NCBI GenBank assembly: GCA_964187785.1
Contig: OZ076413.1
Span: forward strand, 46,006,001 to 46,070,000
Direction: 5' to 3'
Source of the DNA: Amphiscolops sp. MND2022
Lineage: Eukaryota
DNA length: 64,000 nt
This document shows positions 21,206 through 34,857 of the stretch, in pieces. Below the pieces are notes generated by a model. The model was not told the origin of the DNA. It did not search any database and saw only the letters and a program-made list of their open reading frames with translations. The position numbers and the translations under genes are program-made. Position 1 is the stretch's first letter, and every line of letters begins with the position of its first letter.

Positions 21206-24200
21206 TTACTGAGCTGAGCTACGTCGAGCTCGCTCCTTGGTGGCATCACTGGAGGCTTCAGCATTCTCAACATTCTCTGTCGCCACTGACGCTCTGCGTC
21301 GAGGAGAGACCACCGTGACGACAGTTTCTGAGTCAGAAAGGTCCTCGGGGAGTGACAACTCAGCAATTGGTTGCACTAAGGCGGCGTCAGGTGTTAGCTC
21401 GGCTGCATGCTCTCCTGTCTGTGGCTGTGATGACTGGGGACTGGCCTGCGATGATGGTGGACAGACAGGTTCCGATCCTAGGATGTGGGTCGGCAGATCA
21501 ATGGTGATTGGCTGTGTGACGGGTTGATCTGAGGACATGGCCATCGTTGGCGCGACCATGGCAGGTGCGAACGCCTGTTGTCTCGCAACCTCTGCGCGGC
21601 TCTCCACTGCTAATGAAATACGCTTAGAGATCCAGCCAGGCTGGTTCCAGAGCTCGCAAGCTCGCTTCCATTTGGGGAAGCTGGCGATTTCCAGCTCTAA
21701 ACAGTATTTTCCCATTCTGTACGTGCTTGGGGGCCCAGCACGGAATTGATTTCGTCGTGCAGCACGATTGACATGCCTCCCGACATCGTCATTTTGTCCT
21801 GGGGCTTCCATGTAGATTTTCTGGGGAATGGAGTGATACGACACTGGAGGTTCCTTTGTCTGATTAGGGCGGCGCCCTCGATCCCACCCGGGATTTGTGC
21901 CAACTCCAAATGTTGAATTTGTCGGTTGAAAATCTCGGGGGCACGTCCGACGGGCTTTGCTCTTGGCCATCCCAGTGGTTCCTTCCAGTATCGGTTCGGG
22001 AAGGTAATGCATTTGAAACTGTACAGAGGGTCTATGGGTGGACCAGCACTAGTGCTGGCGCGAATCACCTTTCGAACAAAATCTTGGCTCCATGGAAAAC
22101 GGAAGGGAACTCCGTCCAAGCTGAAGGCTGCGGAGTACCAGTTGACGGGGCCATGCTTTCGCGGCAGAGGGCATGCTTTCCTTGTGCGGGCGCGCAACAG
22201 GCCCATTAGGTTTTCTTTCAACTGCCATTCGGACTTCAAAGTGGTGTACCCGTGCGGCATATCGTTACTCAGCACAGCATGCACGACTCGCGGGTACTTA
22301 AATGAAAGACGTCCTTGGAGGTACGTGCAGAAAGATACCATGTGCACTTGGACTGCCATGGAGAGAGGCTTGGTTGGATATCTGCATACACCGACAGCGC
22401 CGAAGATAGGGGCCAAGACAGGAGCCATGGTTCCCACAAAATCCTCCACCTCGGCCAGTGTCAGGTCGGCAATCTGTTGCGGCATTGGGAACCCTGCTGT
22501 CTCTCATGGGATTTGACGGTCAGAATTATGCAATGGTTGAGACTGGTCCACGCCCATGAACAAGCCGGAGGCGAATACCAGAGTTGAATACAGCCAGTGT
22601 TGGACAGACGCACGCTTGCGTTCCAATTGGGCAGAAGAATCCTGCTGGTCCTTGGAGGTCATCAGGTGGCCCCAACGGGTCAGACAACGTAGTTGCCCCT
22701 GTGCGAGGACCAGATAACTGTAAAATGAGGTCAAGTCGCAAGATACTACTATGTCGACCAGCAGAGCCAGAGGGCCAGCTACAAACTTCGCCGGACCCAT
22801 CGCTAGCGCGAGCGCTAGCACCTCTCCAACAGTTTATCAGCATGTATGGTGGTGAGTGAAAACTCTGCAGCTACTACATCAATGTTCCACCCCAGGCCGA
22901 GACTGGTGCAGAAGGCTTCCATCGGACAGTCGAGCTCTCGAGATACTTCTGCCAGGGTTCTGTTTATGAATCTTGTTTGGTACCATTAGGCGTATGTGGT
23001 GCCAGCGGCATCAATCTCGATCTTCAAGTTGGTTGCTTCGGCGGCCACGATATGTCTTAGGCCTACAGATAGTTTGACAGGTTCAATTCCCGCGGCAAAG
23101 TGGATTTGGGGAATAGTCTTTTCGACCGTGCGTGCGGCAGGCCATGCTCCAATCTGTTTCACCAGTTCTGCCAACTCCGTCCGCACGGGAATCTCCTTGT
23201 CTTTGCGTACTAACCAGTTGTAACGACGGACAGCCTCTCGCTCGGTCACATTAGACTCCCGCATGGCACAGTTGCCATCAAGATCAAAGGCCAATCGTCC
23301 CTTGCGCATGCCATGATCGAAGAGTACAGCATCATCTATCGTCAGTTGTGCATTTCCTGAACGTTCCACAGCGATCAATACTCTGGAGATGACAGCAAGA
23401 AAGCTGGGTAGGACAATACATCAGGGCGTAGGTCTCCACGGTCCACTCGAAGGTTTGGGGCACAGATGGCGAACTCGATCCTGCGCGCTTTGCACACCTC
23501 TAGCAGGATGTAAACAAATTGCTGCAAGCTCTGTTGCCAGTACATAAATCCCGGCGGGGACACGAAGAGCGCTAGCGCTCCCAAGCGACCCCGAAGGATC
23601 CCTGCGGCATGCTCCATCGCGTCAGCAACAACGTTTACTAGGGCTGCGGCGTTTCCAGGTCGTCGGGTGTCGGTCATGATAGTATCCAACTCGCGCAACA
23701 ACCCTTCACACACCATATGATCCAGCAGATTGGCGAAGATCACGCTCTGTGGGGGTGGCTCCTTCAGTGATCCTCTCAAATTCGGATCGTACATCGCTCC
23801 GACCATTTCGGCTACTTCAGCGAAGCGGGATAAGGGCATAGTTAACACTAACACGTCAGGCAGCAAATTGTCAATGGGCAAGTCACTCTTACAGGTGGAA
23901 TCAACCGCCACACAGTAGCGCGCACGCAGCAAGACACCTTTCAGTAGGGGCTTCATGGAGATGATGTTGCGGGCGTAGCGGGCATTTGCCTCCCACGTTT
24001 CACCCTCTCGAAGTACGTACCGTGCGGGAAACGGTTCAGTGATATTGTGCTGTAAGGGTGCCATGTAGTCATTCGGTGTTGTTGGCAGCTGTTCTCGAGC
24101 GCGCTGCTCCCAACTTTGCTCGGTCATGTCCGCGTCACGGGGGCGCAGTAGCCGTGTAACCTGCGCTGCAATTGTGGTCCGATTTACTTCTTTCTGGTCG

Positions 24201-25468
24201 GCTTCGGTGGGGGCGCTCTCCTTTTGATCGCACCCATGTTTGCGTGCAAGCGTTCAGCGACCATCCAGATTCGCTTGCTATCACTGGTTACCACTGAGCC
24301 AGACACGTCATCAGATGGGGGAGGAAAGCTGGCGGGCAGGCTTCTTCTTTGGCTTCAGGCGCCTCCAGAGACATGTCGGCGGGACCTGTGCCCGAGGGCA
24401 CAGAGTTCACTTCAGAGCCTGCATCCGGGGTTCCGTACTGTTCGATTGCTTCCTCCATGGTCATTTGGGGCGCACGTCGGCCCAGGTGGCCTACACGATA
24501 TGGAGGCCTAGCGATTACCACGCTTTTCATTTGGGGTTGAGGCACATCGGCACGCTTGTCCGGAGGGGGACGACTGGTTGGGCTTTCTGTCATCGCGCTA
24601 GTGTGGGCAACAGCGGTATTCTCTCCTGTCAGTCGCTTTCGGCCCGGCGGGGACCAGCCATAGCACTTCCACTCGGTCCAGCTGGGATCTCAGCGTCCAT
24701 GGAAGCTGTCTCGACCAAAGTGGCGGGAGGTTCACAGCCCGAGGGCTGAGCGGCAGCTTGCAAGTAAGTGGCCAGACCAGGGATTCGTTGTTCCACGGCC
24801 CGGACAAAGTCGGAGGAATTGGGATAGTTGGCAACGGCCTGTAGGGCCACTATCACAGCTTGCTCGCCGGTACTTCGCCCGGTTAAAACTGGATTTGGTA
24901 CTGGTGGCAACTGGGACCCCGAGGGCTCCCGATCAGAGACTGGTGGATTAGTTGAGAATTGTAACACCTTGTGCGGCGCCCTGTACGGTGTCCCAAAGGC
25001 AGGCGAGCCAGAATAGGTCGGCGTCATCGACACTGGCTTTGGTACTGGGGGCGGCAGTGCTACCATCTGGGGCGGTGGCAATGACGGAACGTTGGCAGGC
25101 ACCATACGCAATGAGGCCTCTTGTTCAAATCTGGTGCCCTGGCTTGGGCCATACATTGCAGTGGACCGCTCGTCCAGGAATTGATAGGTTAGTTTGTATC
25201 CGTCCCAAGCACTGTTCAAGCAGGTTAAGGTGCGGCGGTAGCCAGCTACCTCCGCCACGATAGAGAGGGATACGCCTGGCAGCGTTTGCATAGTCTCAAG
25301 CTGGGTGAGCAATGCGGCCACGCCAGCGACGGCCACTGGTGGAAGGCCATTTCTCAACCGATCTTCTACATACTGGGCCTGGTTGACCCTCTGCGCTCGC
25401 GCAGGTTCCTGAGGCCTTGCACTATGAGGCCCTGTTGCAGGCATTGAGTTGTTTCGATAGTAAGCCAT
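21206..25468 (-). pseudogene. Frameshifted copy of accessory ORF2
   Basis: Fragments 24629-25468, 24288-24593, 23375-24127, 22986-23378, 22504-22821, 21697-22485 and 21206-22012 match the 1426-aa protein in order. Confidence 0.93.
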
Positions 25469-25742
25469 TAACTCATGGGTCTAAACAGGACTACCGTTAG
25501 GCTTACTAGGTGAGTTTTGGTGAGAGCTTAAGGCTTATCACCCAGTTACGATAGCACGACACCGGCTCCATAAGGGAACCGTAACGAACTTAAATTTAAA
25601 TCTATTTAACTAACTAGAACGAAAAACAGTATAAAGCAAACATATTGCGAGTTAAAATTTCAGTGAGAGAGTTCAAGACTCTCCCGCAGGTACAACAATG
25701 ATCAAAGGGATGGGGGGATCAGGGGGAACCAATATGATAAGG

Positions 25743-28700
25743 CTATTCCAGCCCTATACTCAATATCGACACGTACACGCGGTTGTGCAAGACCACGTGA
25801 ATACCAGTACCCTCAAATATGTTCGTCAGGGTGTGGTACAGATTGACCAACGAGAATGCGGGTCTCTCTGGGTCCAGTATGGGCAGATGGACCCTTGTGG
25901 ATCCCTTGTCCGTTAGGCGCTGTATCAAGTGCGTCATACAACGCAGATAGTCATCAGTCAGGAGCGGTGCACGCTGGCTTGCTCTGACTATCAATAAATG
26001 AATGCTCTGGTTGGGATTAGGATTAATGTCAGGTGGGATGGTGAGGATCTCACCCACCTTAGGCCGTAGGGAAAACACGCTCTCCTTGCCGCACTCCCGC
26101 AGTACATATCGTAGGGCAGCTGAGTTAGTTTTCAAGTCAGCGGGGCACGCTAACACTATATCGCCTTCCACTTGCAAAAAATCGGTTACGTCATACGAAA
26201 TGTGTTCTGCTGAATTTGGGTACAGGGCTCCCGGGTAAACAATCTCTCGTCCAGGCCCATTATCAGCAGGCAGACACACGCGGGGCGTGCGCCCTTGGAC
26301 TGCAGCCAGGTCTTGCCATACCGAGCGTGGCATCGCTCGATTGTCACTGCTGGCCTTGACCCATGTATCCAGAGTGCTCAGAGCGGCTTTCGGGGAAAGA
26401 GGAATCTCGAAAGTGTGAGTCCATTCATCTAGCAGTCGAATTCGGGGATATGTGGTGAAGCAGGTGATGATTAGTTCCAACCACCACGCAAACTTCACCT
26501 TGCCCCGATACCAATCAATGATGTGGAAACAAAGTATCAGGTCCGCAGTGGTGAGAGTTCTTAGACTCTCTAGACAGGACAACAAGTGCAACGGTTCCAC
26601 TATTGCCTCCACTCGTGGAGCGGTAACAAGCAACCACCAACGCGGCGCTGGGCTACACATGAACCGGGTTCCACATGAACTCCGTACTTGTCACATAACA
26701 GATCAGCAGTGATGCACCGGGCCATTTGCACGGGCTCCCGTTCAAAGTTGAATGGTCCAAACACGATGTTATTGGGCACAGGGGGCATCACGGTGGCCAG
26801 GGTAAACTCTAACCCCTTTCCATCGCTAGTCCACTCCTTGAATCGGGGACATGGAGCCTTTGCTACCCCAGGTGATGACAACTTCTCCAGAATAGTGTCC
26901 ACCGGATGGTCTCCAGATCGTTCCACGGCGGAAAAGGTCTTCTCAACTCTTACCGTAAGGCGGTGCACCAGATTTTCTCCCCCTTCCGGAGGAACTCCCC
27001 GGGCTCCAGTGGGAACCCTCCGGGTCTCATTTACGGCTGACAGGCAGACACAGTCTCGCAGCCCGCAAGTTCCGCACTTGTAGCGTGGCTGCCGCTGACT
27101 CCTCAACTGGAATCGAGGAGCTTCAGAGGCCTCCGTTAGAGCCTCCGCAGACCTTGGGGCTTCGGTCTCGACCGGGACTGCTGTTTCGGCTGGGACCTCG
27201 GTTTCGACTTTCGTTGGCGTTTCTTTCTACCTCGTTCTTGCCTTTGCTCGGACCAGCCGCTTCTTCTGCGCCTTGGGTAGTCTCCCACTCCCCCTTTTGA
27301 AAGAAGGAGCGGTCCCCGCTCCGGGCAATATCGGGGGGAACACTAGGCAGGTTGGACTGATCGTCGCTTTTGCTGCTGGCAGACTTCAGAGGAATTGGAG
27401 GAGCAATCGGCCTGATGGGATAATTGCTGAGGAAAACCGTCAACGATGGGTTAGTCAACAAGGGTGCCGACGTTCCCAGCACCGACGACTGTTTCTCAGA
27501 AGAAGATGTTTGTGGTAACGGAGAGCGCGCACGCTCATGGTCAGAGAATAGTTGAGGTAGATGATGAGTGAGTGATACCGATTGATCTGAAGAAGGCATG
27601 GGAGCCTCAGGCTCCACTTGATCAGCATCAACGGGATCAGGAGGTACCGGCAACATGACGTCAGACAGTTCGTCATCAGTACCCGAAGTGAAATATTCAA
27701 ACTGCTGATAGTGCATGCGCGAGCCTCCCGCACGCAGTTTTGTGCGCAGGCAAGTGTCCATCCAGTGACGTCTGGGCGAAGGTTAAGACACATCGGACGC
27801 CTCTGAAAGTAGTTGTTCAGTCTTATACGAAGGTAGTGATTTGTCATCATCGACCACGTCGACGGAACGCTCAGGTTCAGGGTCCATGAGCACTACCACC
27901 TCTCCGCTGTACGCGTGCGCTGCGGCGAGCTCAAGCGGTCCACTGTGGTGCGGTTTGAGGCGCTCAAAATGAACTTTTTGGCGAGTGTCCAGCAAATAGA
28001 CACGACCGTCCTGAAAGACCTGTACCACCTTGTGCGGGCCACGCCAAGCACGCATCAGCTTGGGGGAGCCTTTTTGCGGCACATAGCGTTAGAAAACCCA
28101 GACGAGCTCTCCCGGCTGGTAAGCTCGTGCTTGAATAGCGCCATCGTATTTCAATTTTTGACGCAGCTGAGCTTGGTGCGTATTACGTCGCACCAAGTCG
28201 TCGTGAATCTTTTGTTGGCGAGCCAACACATGATCCACGTACGCTTCATGCGTATCGAAGGATCTAGCTGCAAACTCAGGATACAAAAAGGTAAGAGGAA
28301 TGGCCTTCTCAACGCCCCGAGTTAGCATGTAGGGCGAGAAGCCAGTGGTGGCGTGCCTCGTAGAACTGTACGCACCCATGACCTCATCAAGGCTCTGGTC
28401 CCAATCGCGCATGCGGCGCGAGCAAAAGACTCGCAGCAAGGTTAATAGTGTGCGGTTTTGGCGTTCTACCAAACCCTGAGTCCGTGGATGTCCTGCAGTG
28501 GAAGTCACTTTCGTGACGTGGGCTGCCCTCAAAAACTCATTGGAAACTTCGGCAGTCAAGTTCAGAGCATTGTCTGACTGCATACGAGTAGGTATGCCAT
28601 GACGGGCAAACCATTTCTGTAGCAGCAACCGAGACGTGGTCACAGCGGGGACAAGGGACCGCCTCCGCGAACTTGGAGAAATGGTCGATTATGACCAAGA

Positions 28701-31700
28701 TGATGGTTTTGTTATTTTCAGAGGGGCAGATTTTCAGGTGGTCGTACTGGACCAATTCGTTAAAATACCCACTCTAGATGTTTTTCAGCTGGAATCGTAC
28801 GTCATCTGGCTTATCACGTACCTGCTGACAGGTGAGGCACTGGCCAACACTGCGTCGGATGCCAGGCCACGTGTGACGCTCTTGAATCCGAGCTACCACT
28901 TTCTAAATGCCCTGATGTCCCATGGCGTCATGCGCACGGAACAAGATCTCGTGCTGGTACAATTGAGGCATGACGAGCATGCACGGACGTTCGTGCAAAG
29001 GGCGTTGGGTGGGGGAATTTTGCACACAAAGAACACCATTCTTGTTTATGAACAGAAGATCATTTTTCTGGCGAAAGTAGTTTCTCAGGAAAAAGGTCAT
29101 GGTCAATGGACTCAGCACCAAACTTTTCAGTGTTAGCACATGGACATCACGGTTTTGGGCTAAAACCAAATCCTTGATCCCATGCACGGTGTGAGCATGT
29201 TCATGAAGCTCAGTGTCGATGTCTCTGAGAGCCATGATTGAGTCACGTACACCGGAAGGAGTGCTTTGCAGCGTAGATGCATTTTCTCCTGCAACCGAGT
29301 ACACTGTTCTTGAAGGCACATTGACAGCATGCGTCGGTAACAAATAATCTTCGCTTGCCTCGGCAGTGACATCTATCCAGTCTTCTGGATAGTCTGGGTA
29401 GAAATCCTCGTGCGGTTGTAGCACGGGAGGGGGCAGAGGCGGTAAAGGCGCAGCTAACGCTTTCGCCTCCCTGTCCCGCCTGTTCGCCCGTTGAGTACGG
29501 CGAAGCACACGAAGTGTTTGGTTAGGAGCCCCAGGCTCCAGATTCTGCAAGTGCGCAGGTAGATCGGGGTGAGAAGGTCTAACCACGGGGCAACAGGGAG
29601 CTTGTCGAATTCATCGGCCGAAAGGAAATTCCAGCGCTCACTTGCGGCTGGCAGCTGCGCAAGCTGCTTTGCTCGCCATCGATATTCATTGGTTCGTTTG
29701 CTCAAGCCATCAGCGTTGCGATGCTGAGTTCGTGGGCGGTGTTCCATACGAAAGTGATATTTGTCCAGCGTCATGATCCATCGGCCGATCAGTGCTTGAT
29801 CCGTGGAATACGTTTTTAACCATGATAAGGCTTGATTATCCACCCTCAGGGTGAACTTTTGAGGACAGAGATAGGTGTGGTTTTTCACGATGAAGTGGTA
29901 AGCTGCAAACATTTCCAGTTTGGGAGCTCCATACTTAGCTTGTGTGGTGGTGAGTTTCTTGCTGCCATATACAATCGGTCTCAGGCGTCTTTCACCTGGA
30001 GGACCCTGCACTGGTGCAGGATGCCAGAGATGGCAACAGCGCTGGCGTCGGTGTCCAACACGAACTCTCCTTCGGAGTCAGGCTGCGCGAGCGCAGTCGC
30101 CTCGATCAGCGCTTTCTTGATTTCGTTGAACGCTTTTCGTTGTTCAGGACCCCACGTGAATGTGACGTTTAGTCCAGTGACGGCATGCAGGGGCGCGACC
30201 AGCTTGGCGTGCCAAGGAATGAATTCGCGATAGTAGTTGGCGAATCCCAAAAAACTTGATACTTGATCACTTGATTTCATGAAGTCACATTTGGCTACGC
30301 GCATTTTGAAACCAGCCTCGCGGAGGCACTCAAAGACCTCGCGCAAGCGTGCCAACGTACTGACCAACGCTGCGGCGAATACCTGGCCAGGTGTGGCGTT
30401 CTTGGATTCGCGAAACCACCTTTGCAATGCCTTGGTGGCCCATGGCGTCATGAGCACGAAATAAAATTTCATGCTGGTACAATTGTGGCATTACAATCAT
30501 GCACGGACGTTCGTGCAGTGGACGTTGCTGAGGTGGATACTTATCACAAAGTATTCCATTTTTGTTTACAAACAGAAGATCTTTTTCCTGCTTGTAATAG
30601 TTACGCGTCCTTTATTGTGACAGCGTTGAGGGGGCGAAAGTCGCAGCAGAACCGCAACTCCCCGTTTTTCTTTTTTACCATCACAATTCCACTCGCCCAA
30701 GGTGACAGCGAAGGTTGGATCATGCCCAAAGCCAGGAGATTGCGTATCTCTTGATTGGCACGCTCAGCCTTTTCAGGGGACATCCTACGAGCACCTTCAC
30801 GATGCGATACAGCCCCATGCTCCAGCTCTACCGTATGTTTAGCGATGGTGCAACGGCCGATGTCAGCTTTATGCTTCATGAACAAATCATCACATTCATT
30901 GAGAATATTGCCTAGAGACTCGCAGGCGCTAGCGCCCCATAGGTCCTCAACCTCGAGCAACTGAGAGTCTGGCCCAGGAATCGGAGCCATCAGCTCCGGA
31001 TCAGTCCGCTTGCGAACTTCGCGCTCCGAAAGCCCTGCCTCACTAAGATCAGTTGAGGACAAAAACTCAAAATTCTGATGAAGAAGTCAACTCAGAAGCA
31101 GTGGATAGATTCATTTCACTGTACACTTTTTAAACAAAATTTGCACGACCGTTGTCGGCTTTAGTTTCTTTGCTGGTCTTTGTAGGGGAGTCCAGATTCT
31201 GAGGCACAGCCTGATACTCTAATGACAGAGGTACTACGGTGCCCAGTTGAACACCACACCGCACACGCTGTGGGTTGCTCGTTAGGTTTATCAGACTCAC
31301 GTACAATGTTCCTGTCTCGCTGACAGTGGCCACGCTGTCCTCTAAAACATTATACAATGAGGTGTCAGACAATGAGGCGTTAAACGCCACAGTCTGAAAA
31401 AATAGCGGCTCCAATTTAGTGGTTACTACACTAGCTCGGGCCACCATCCTTTCAAACGGCTGGAGTACGACCTCTTGAGCTAAGGCAACCGGAATAGCAA
31501 CATCAGAGTCACCAACCTGAGCATGAGCGTGATGCCATACGGGCTTCACAGGTGCACGCACTACAATGCGCATGGCAGTGAGATCAACTAGGACTTGATA
31601 AGAACGGAGGAAGTTCCGGCCTAGCAGAAAGTCCTCCACACCCATTGCATCGTCCACTACGACAAAGTTGGTTTCAAGTTCGTACCCTCCCAATTGGAAA

Positions 31701-34700
31701 CGAATCTGCTCAGCTAGACCAAAGGCAGCGTACAAGTCGATTTGATAGGGTTTCAGGACAGTACCGGTCCGAGCAGTCACTCGATTGAAGGCGGAGAACG
31801 TCAGGTCAATATTGATACGCCTGAACCGGTGTCCACCAGTCCACGTAGTGGAATAGGTGCCGCATGGGGCACTACGAAAGAAACAACAAGCGAAGCACGC
31901 TCGTCTATACGTGCCTCACCATTGGTTCCGGGTGGTTGATGTTATAGCACTTCAGTTCTTGGGGACCCAGACATATGCCAGGTGGGAACACATCCACCAC
32001 CACACAGGCCTCGAACTTCACATCCACACCATCCATTGTGGCACAGATTGGCACTGGGGAATACGTCGTCAGGGTTTCAGACTCTCCAGGGGCATACCAT
32101 TCTTTGGGACGGGGCAACTCAACTCGTCTATAGAGGAGGGACAGTTCAACCCAGAGCTTCGCCAGGGTTAACGTTGGCCTGCGCATTTGTGCAGCGGCTA
32201 ACATCAGGTGAATCGAGATCAACGTCCGTCCTTTTGGGTCGAACGTTGTAGGTTCGAAGCAGGTTTGGACTTGCTTGGCACCGCAAGTAATTGTTAGCGG
32301 GGTGTAGAATGCTGGCGGTTCCGCCGGATGTAGCATTAATACGCGATCATCCTCTAAGGGTACTGTGTGTGCAGCGACGCCAACCGACTCGACTTCGGCC
32401 CATCGATTGTAGGCGAATTCGTCATTGGGTTTCGGGTCGTGGGAGTGTTCACCACATTGCACATCCGCATGATCAAAGACTCCACAGTTAGTGCATTGAT
32501 GAATTCCGGGATAGCCTTCCAGAACACCATCACTCACGTCCTCAGCAGTGATTTTCACGCCTTCAGGTTCGGGGACAGCCAGTGGTTTGCGAGCTTGGTC
32601 GCGATTGGGGCAGTCTCAAGCAAAATGTCCGGTTTGGCCACAATTAAAGCAAGCACCCAAGGGTAAACGCACGGCAGGTTGTGCCGCTGCTTGATTTAGC
32701 GGGGCATTGCTCGCAGGTGGGGGAGGTGTCACGCCTTGAGGTAGCACCATCTTGTTGGGAGGTAGTGGCGCGAAGGGATGAGGTCTAGACCTCATAGCTA
32801 ATCTGGGATCATAGGGTTGTGGAGTTTGTGTGGATTTGGGACGACTGCGCTGCAATTGACGGGTGGTGAAGCACAGGGACTCCACCGTGGGTGGTTCAGT
32901 CAGAAAGGCTTCCGAGGCGTACACTATAGCAAGTTCCCGCCTCAATACTGGGTCCCGTACACCTTCCATGAAGCGCTGCAGGATTTCATAACGCTTGGCA
33001 GTGATAGTCTCCTGCGGAAATCCTTGACTTCTAAGACCCTCTAGAGCGTCTAAATACTACATCCAGTCTTCTTTTTCCGGTTGAACGCGGCTTTAGAAGA
33101 CTTGCCGCACCTGCATGCGATTTCCTCCAGCGCCAAAGCGACTGGACAGCAGCTCGAACACTTTCTCGGGGGTGTCCGTTCAGATTCGGGTTGTTAATGA
33201 TGTAGTTGCGAGCTTCACCCTCGAGGTGACCAATGATGCTCCAGGCTCGGTCTTCGGCCGAGACCTTGGTCTGATGTCTTTTCAGGTATCTCTGCATGAC
33301 TAGGATCCATCCATCGATAGACCCGTCCTTGGAGCCACGATACACATTGGGCCTTGTTTGGGCCAAGTCCCTCCCTGCAAGCAAAGGTGCCAGTTCCTTA
33401 GACATGGCTTTGTATATGGCAGCAGTGAACCTCAGCTGCTCAGGGGAGATAATTTCTGCCTCCTCGTCCCTCGGTTCCACCTCACGCGTCCCGTAATCGC
33501 TACCCTGAGTGGCTTGTACGGATAGGTCCATAGTCTCTTCTTTCTTTCGAGTGCTGCTCGCACGAGGAGTGCCCGAGGGCATTCCGTCATCGGCTGTCAA
33601 ATCGGCTGTCAAGTATAGTGAGTTCGGTCCGGACACCGTGGTAGGGGCCGTCACATACGCGGCTTCATCAGTCTGGGACCCTATTGTAGCTTTGGTGCTG
33701 GATAAATCAACTTCGATAGAGGAATCTAGATAGATTGTTGACATCGGGTCCACACCTTGGTCTCGAGTGGTGCCTAGGGCGGCAGAGGGCATCGATGAAT
33801 CCGCTGAATAAGAGTCGTGGGGCCCTCTCATCTGCACTCGTGTATATTTGCGCTCCGTGTCAGGCATGGTGAGCACTAAGTCCTTGCTTGGGGTTTCGGG
33901 CACCGCCGACCTGGGGGTGCTGGGTTTTAGTGCACTCACCAGTTCAGACTTTATCGCTCGATTTGGGTGCGGCTGTTCCGGGGCTCGGGTAGAGCGCCCA
34001 GTTTGCACACCTTCACCCACATTGGGTTGTCGCGGGAGTGACCTCTTGCGCCTCATGATGTTGATGGCATTGAGTACGGTGTGCATTTGGTTGCTCAAGT
34101 CATTGATTTGGGTCTCCACGCGCAGCTCGCGGGCCATCAGCATATCGTTCATTTCACCCATCCGTTGGCCTAATGCCTCCACCCGAGCATTCTGTACGTT
34201 TTGCGCGGTACGCAACTGGTCACTGACCTGCAACCCTTCTTGCATCGTTGTCTGCATCGTCCTGATGTTCTCTACGATGGCATGGTGCTGCTCATTGCAT
34301 TCAGCACGAGTGCTGGCTAGTCCTGCTATGGCACGTTGGGTCTCGGCTTGGGCATCCAATAGTGCTGTTTTGTACACCGAAGACCGTTGTGACGAGGCTA
34401 CTGAACCAGCCATGCTCCTCGCACGAGACGCCTGTGGGCGGTGCTCGCCTGCATTCACCATGGGTTGTCGAACTTTCTTGTGTTTTCCATAGGCACAAAC
34501 TCGAGTGGTTCCTCGAGCGACCCCATCCCCTTGTGGTCTCGCATAGCCATACCTCCTATATAGGTGAGGTCCTGGTCACAGTAGCTTGTAGGCTGGGATT
34601 CGCCTCCTCACCCAGGGGTGCGCGCGAGCACTCTTCCTCAGCAGCAGGTTCATTGGTCACATTTGAGTTGGGCCAAACTTCCTCTGCCTCATTGGTCCTC

Positions 34701-34857
34701 TCGCGTTTTCAGAAACAACTGAACCCTCGGAGGGAGGAACCATAGCGGCCAACTCCTCCTTGCGTTGTTGCTCAATAGTAACTTCGTCAGACATGACGTC
34801 TGAAAAATGTGAACCGTCCATCGAAGATCCAATGGTGACCCAAGACTGCGAACTCAT
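25743..34857 (-). pseudogene. gag-pol: Decayed gag-pol of copy B, including the macrodomain-like tail; RT core deleted
   Basis: Many short ORFs matching copy A; many frameshifts; YPLPRID-YIDD segment absent. Confidence 0.93.
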
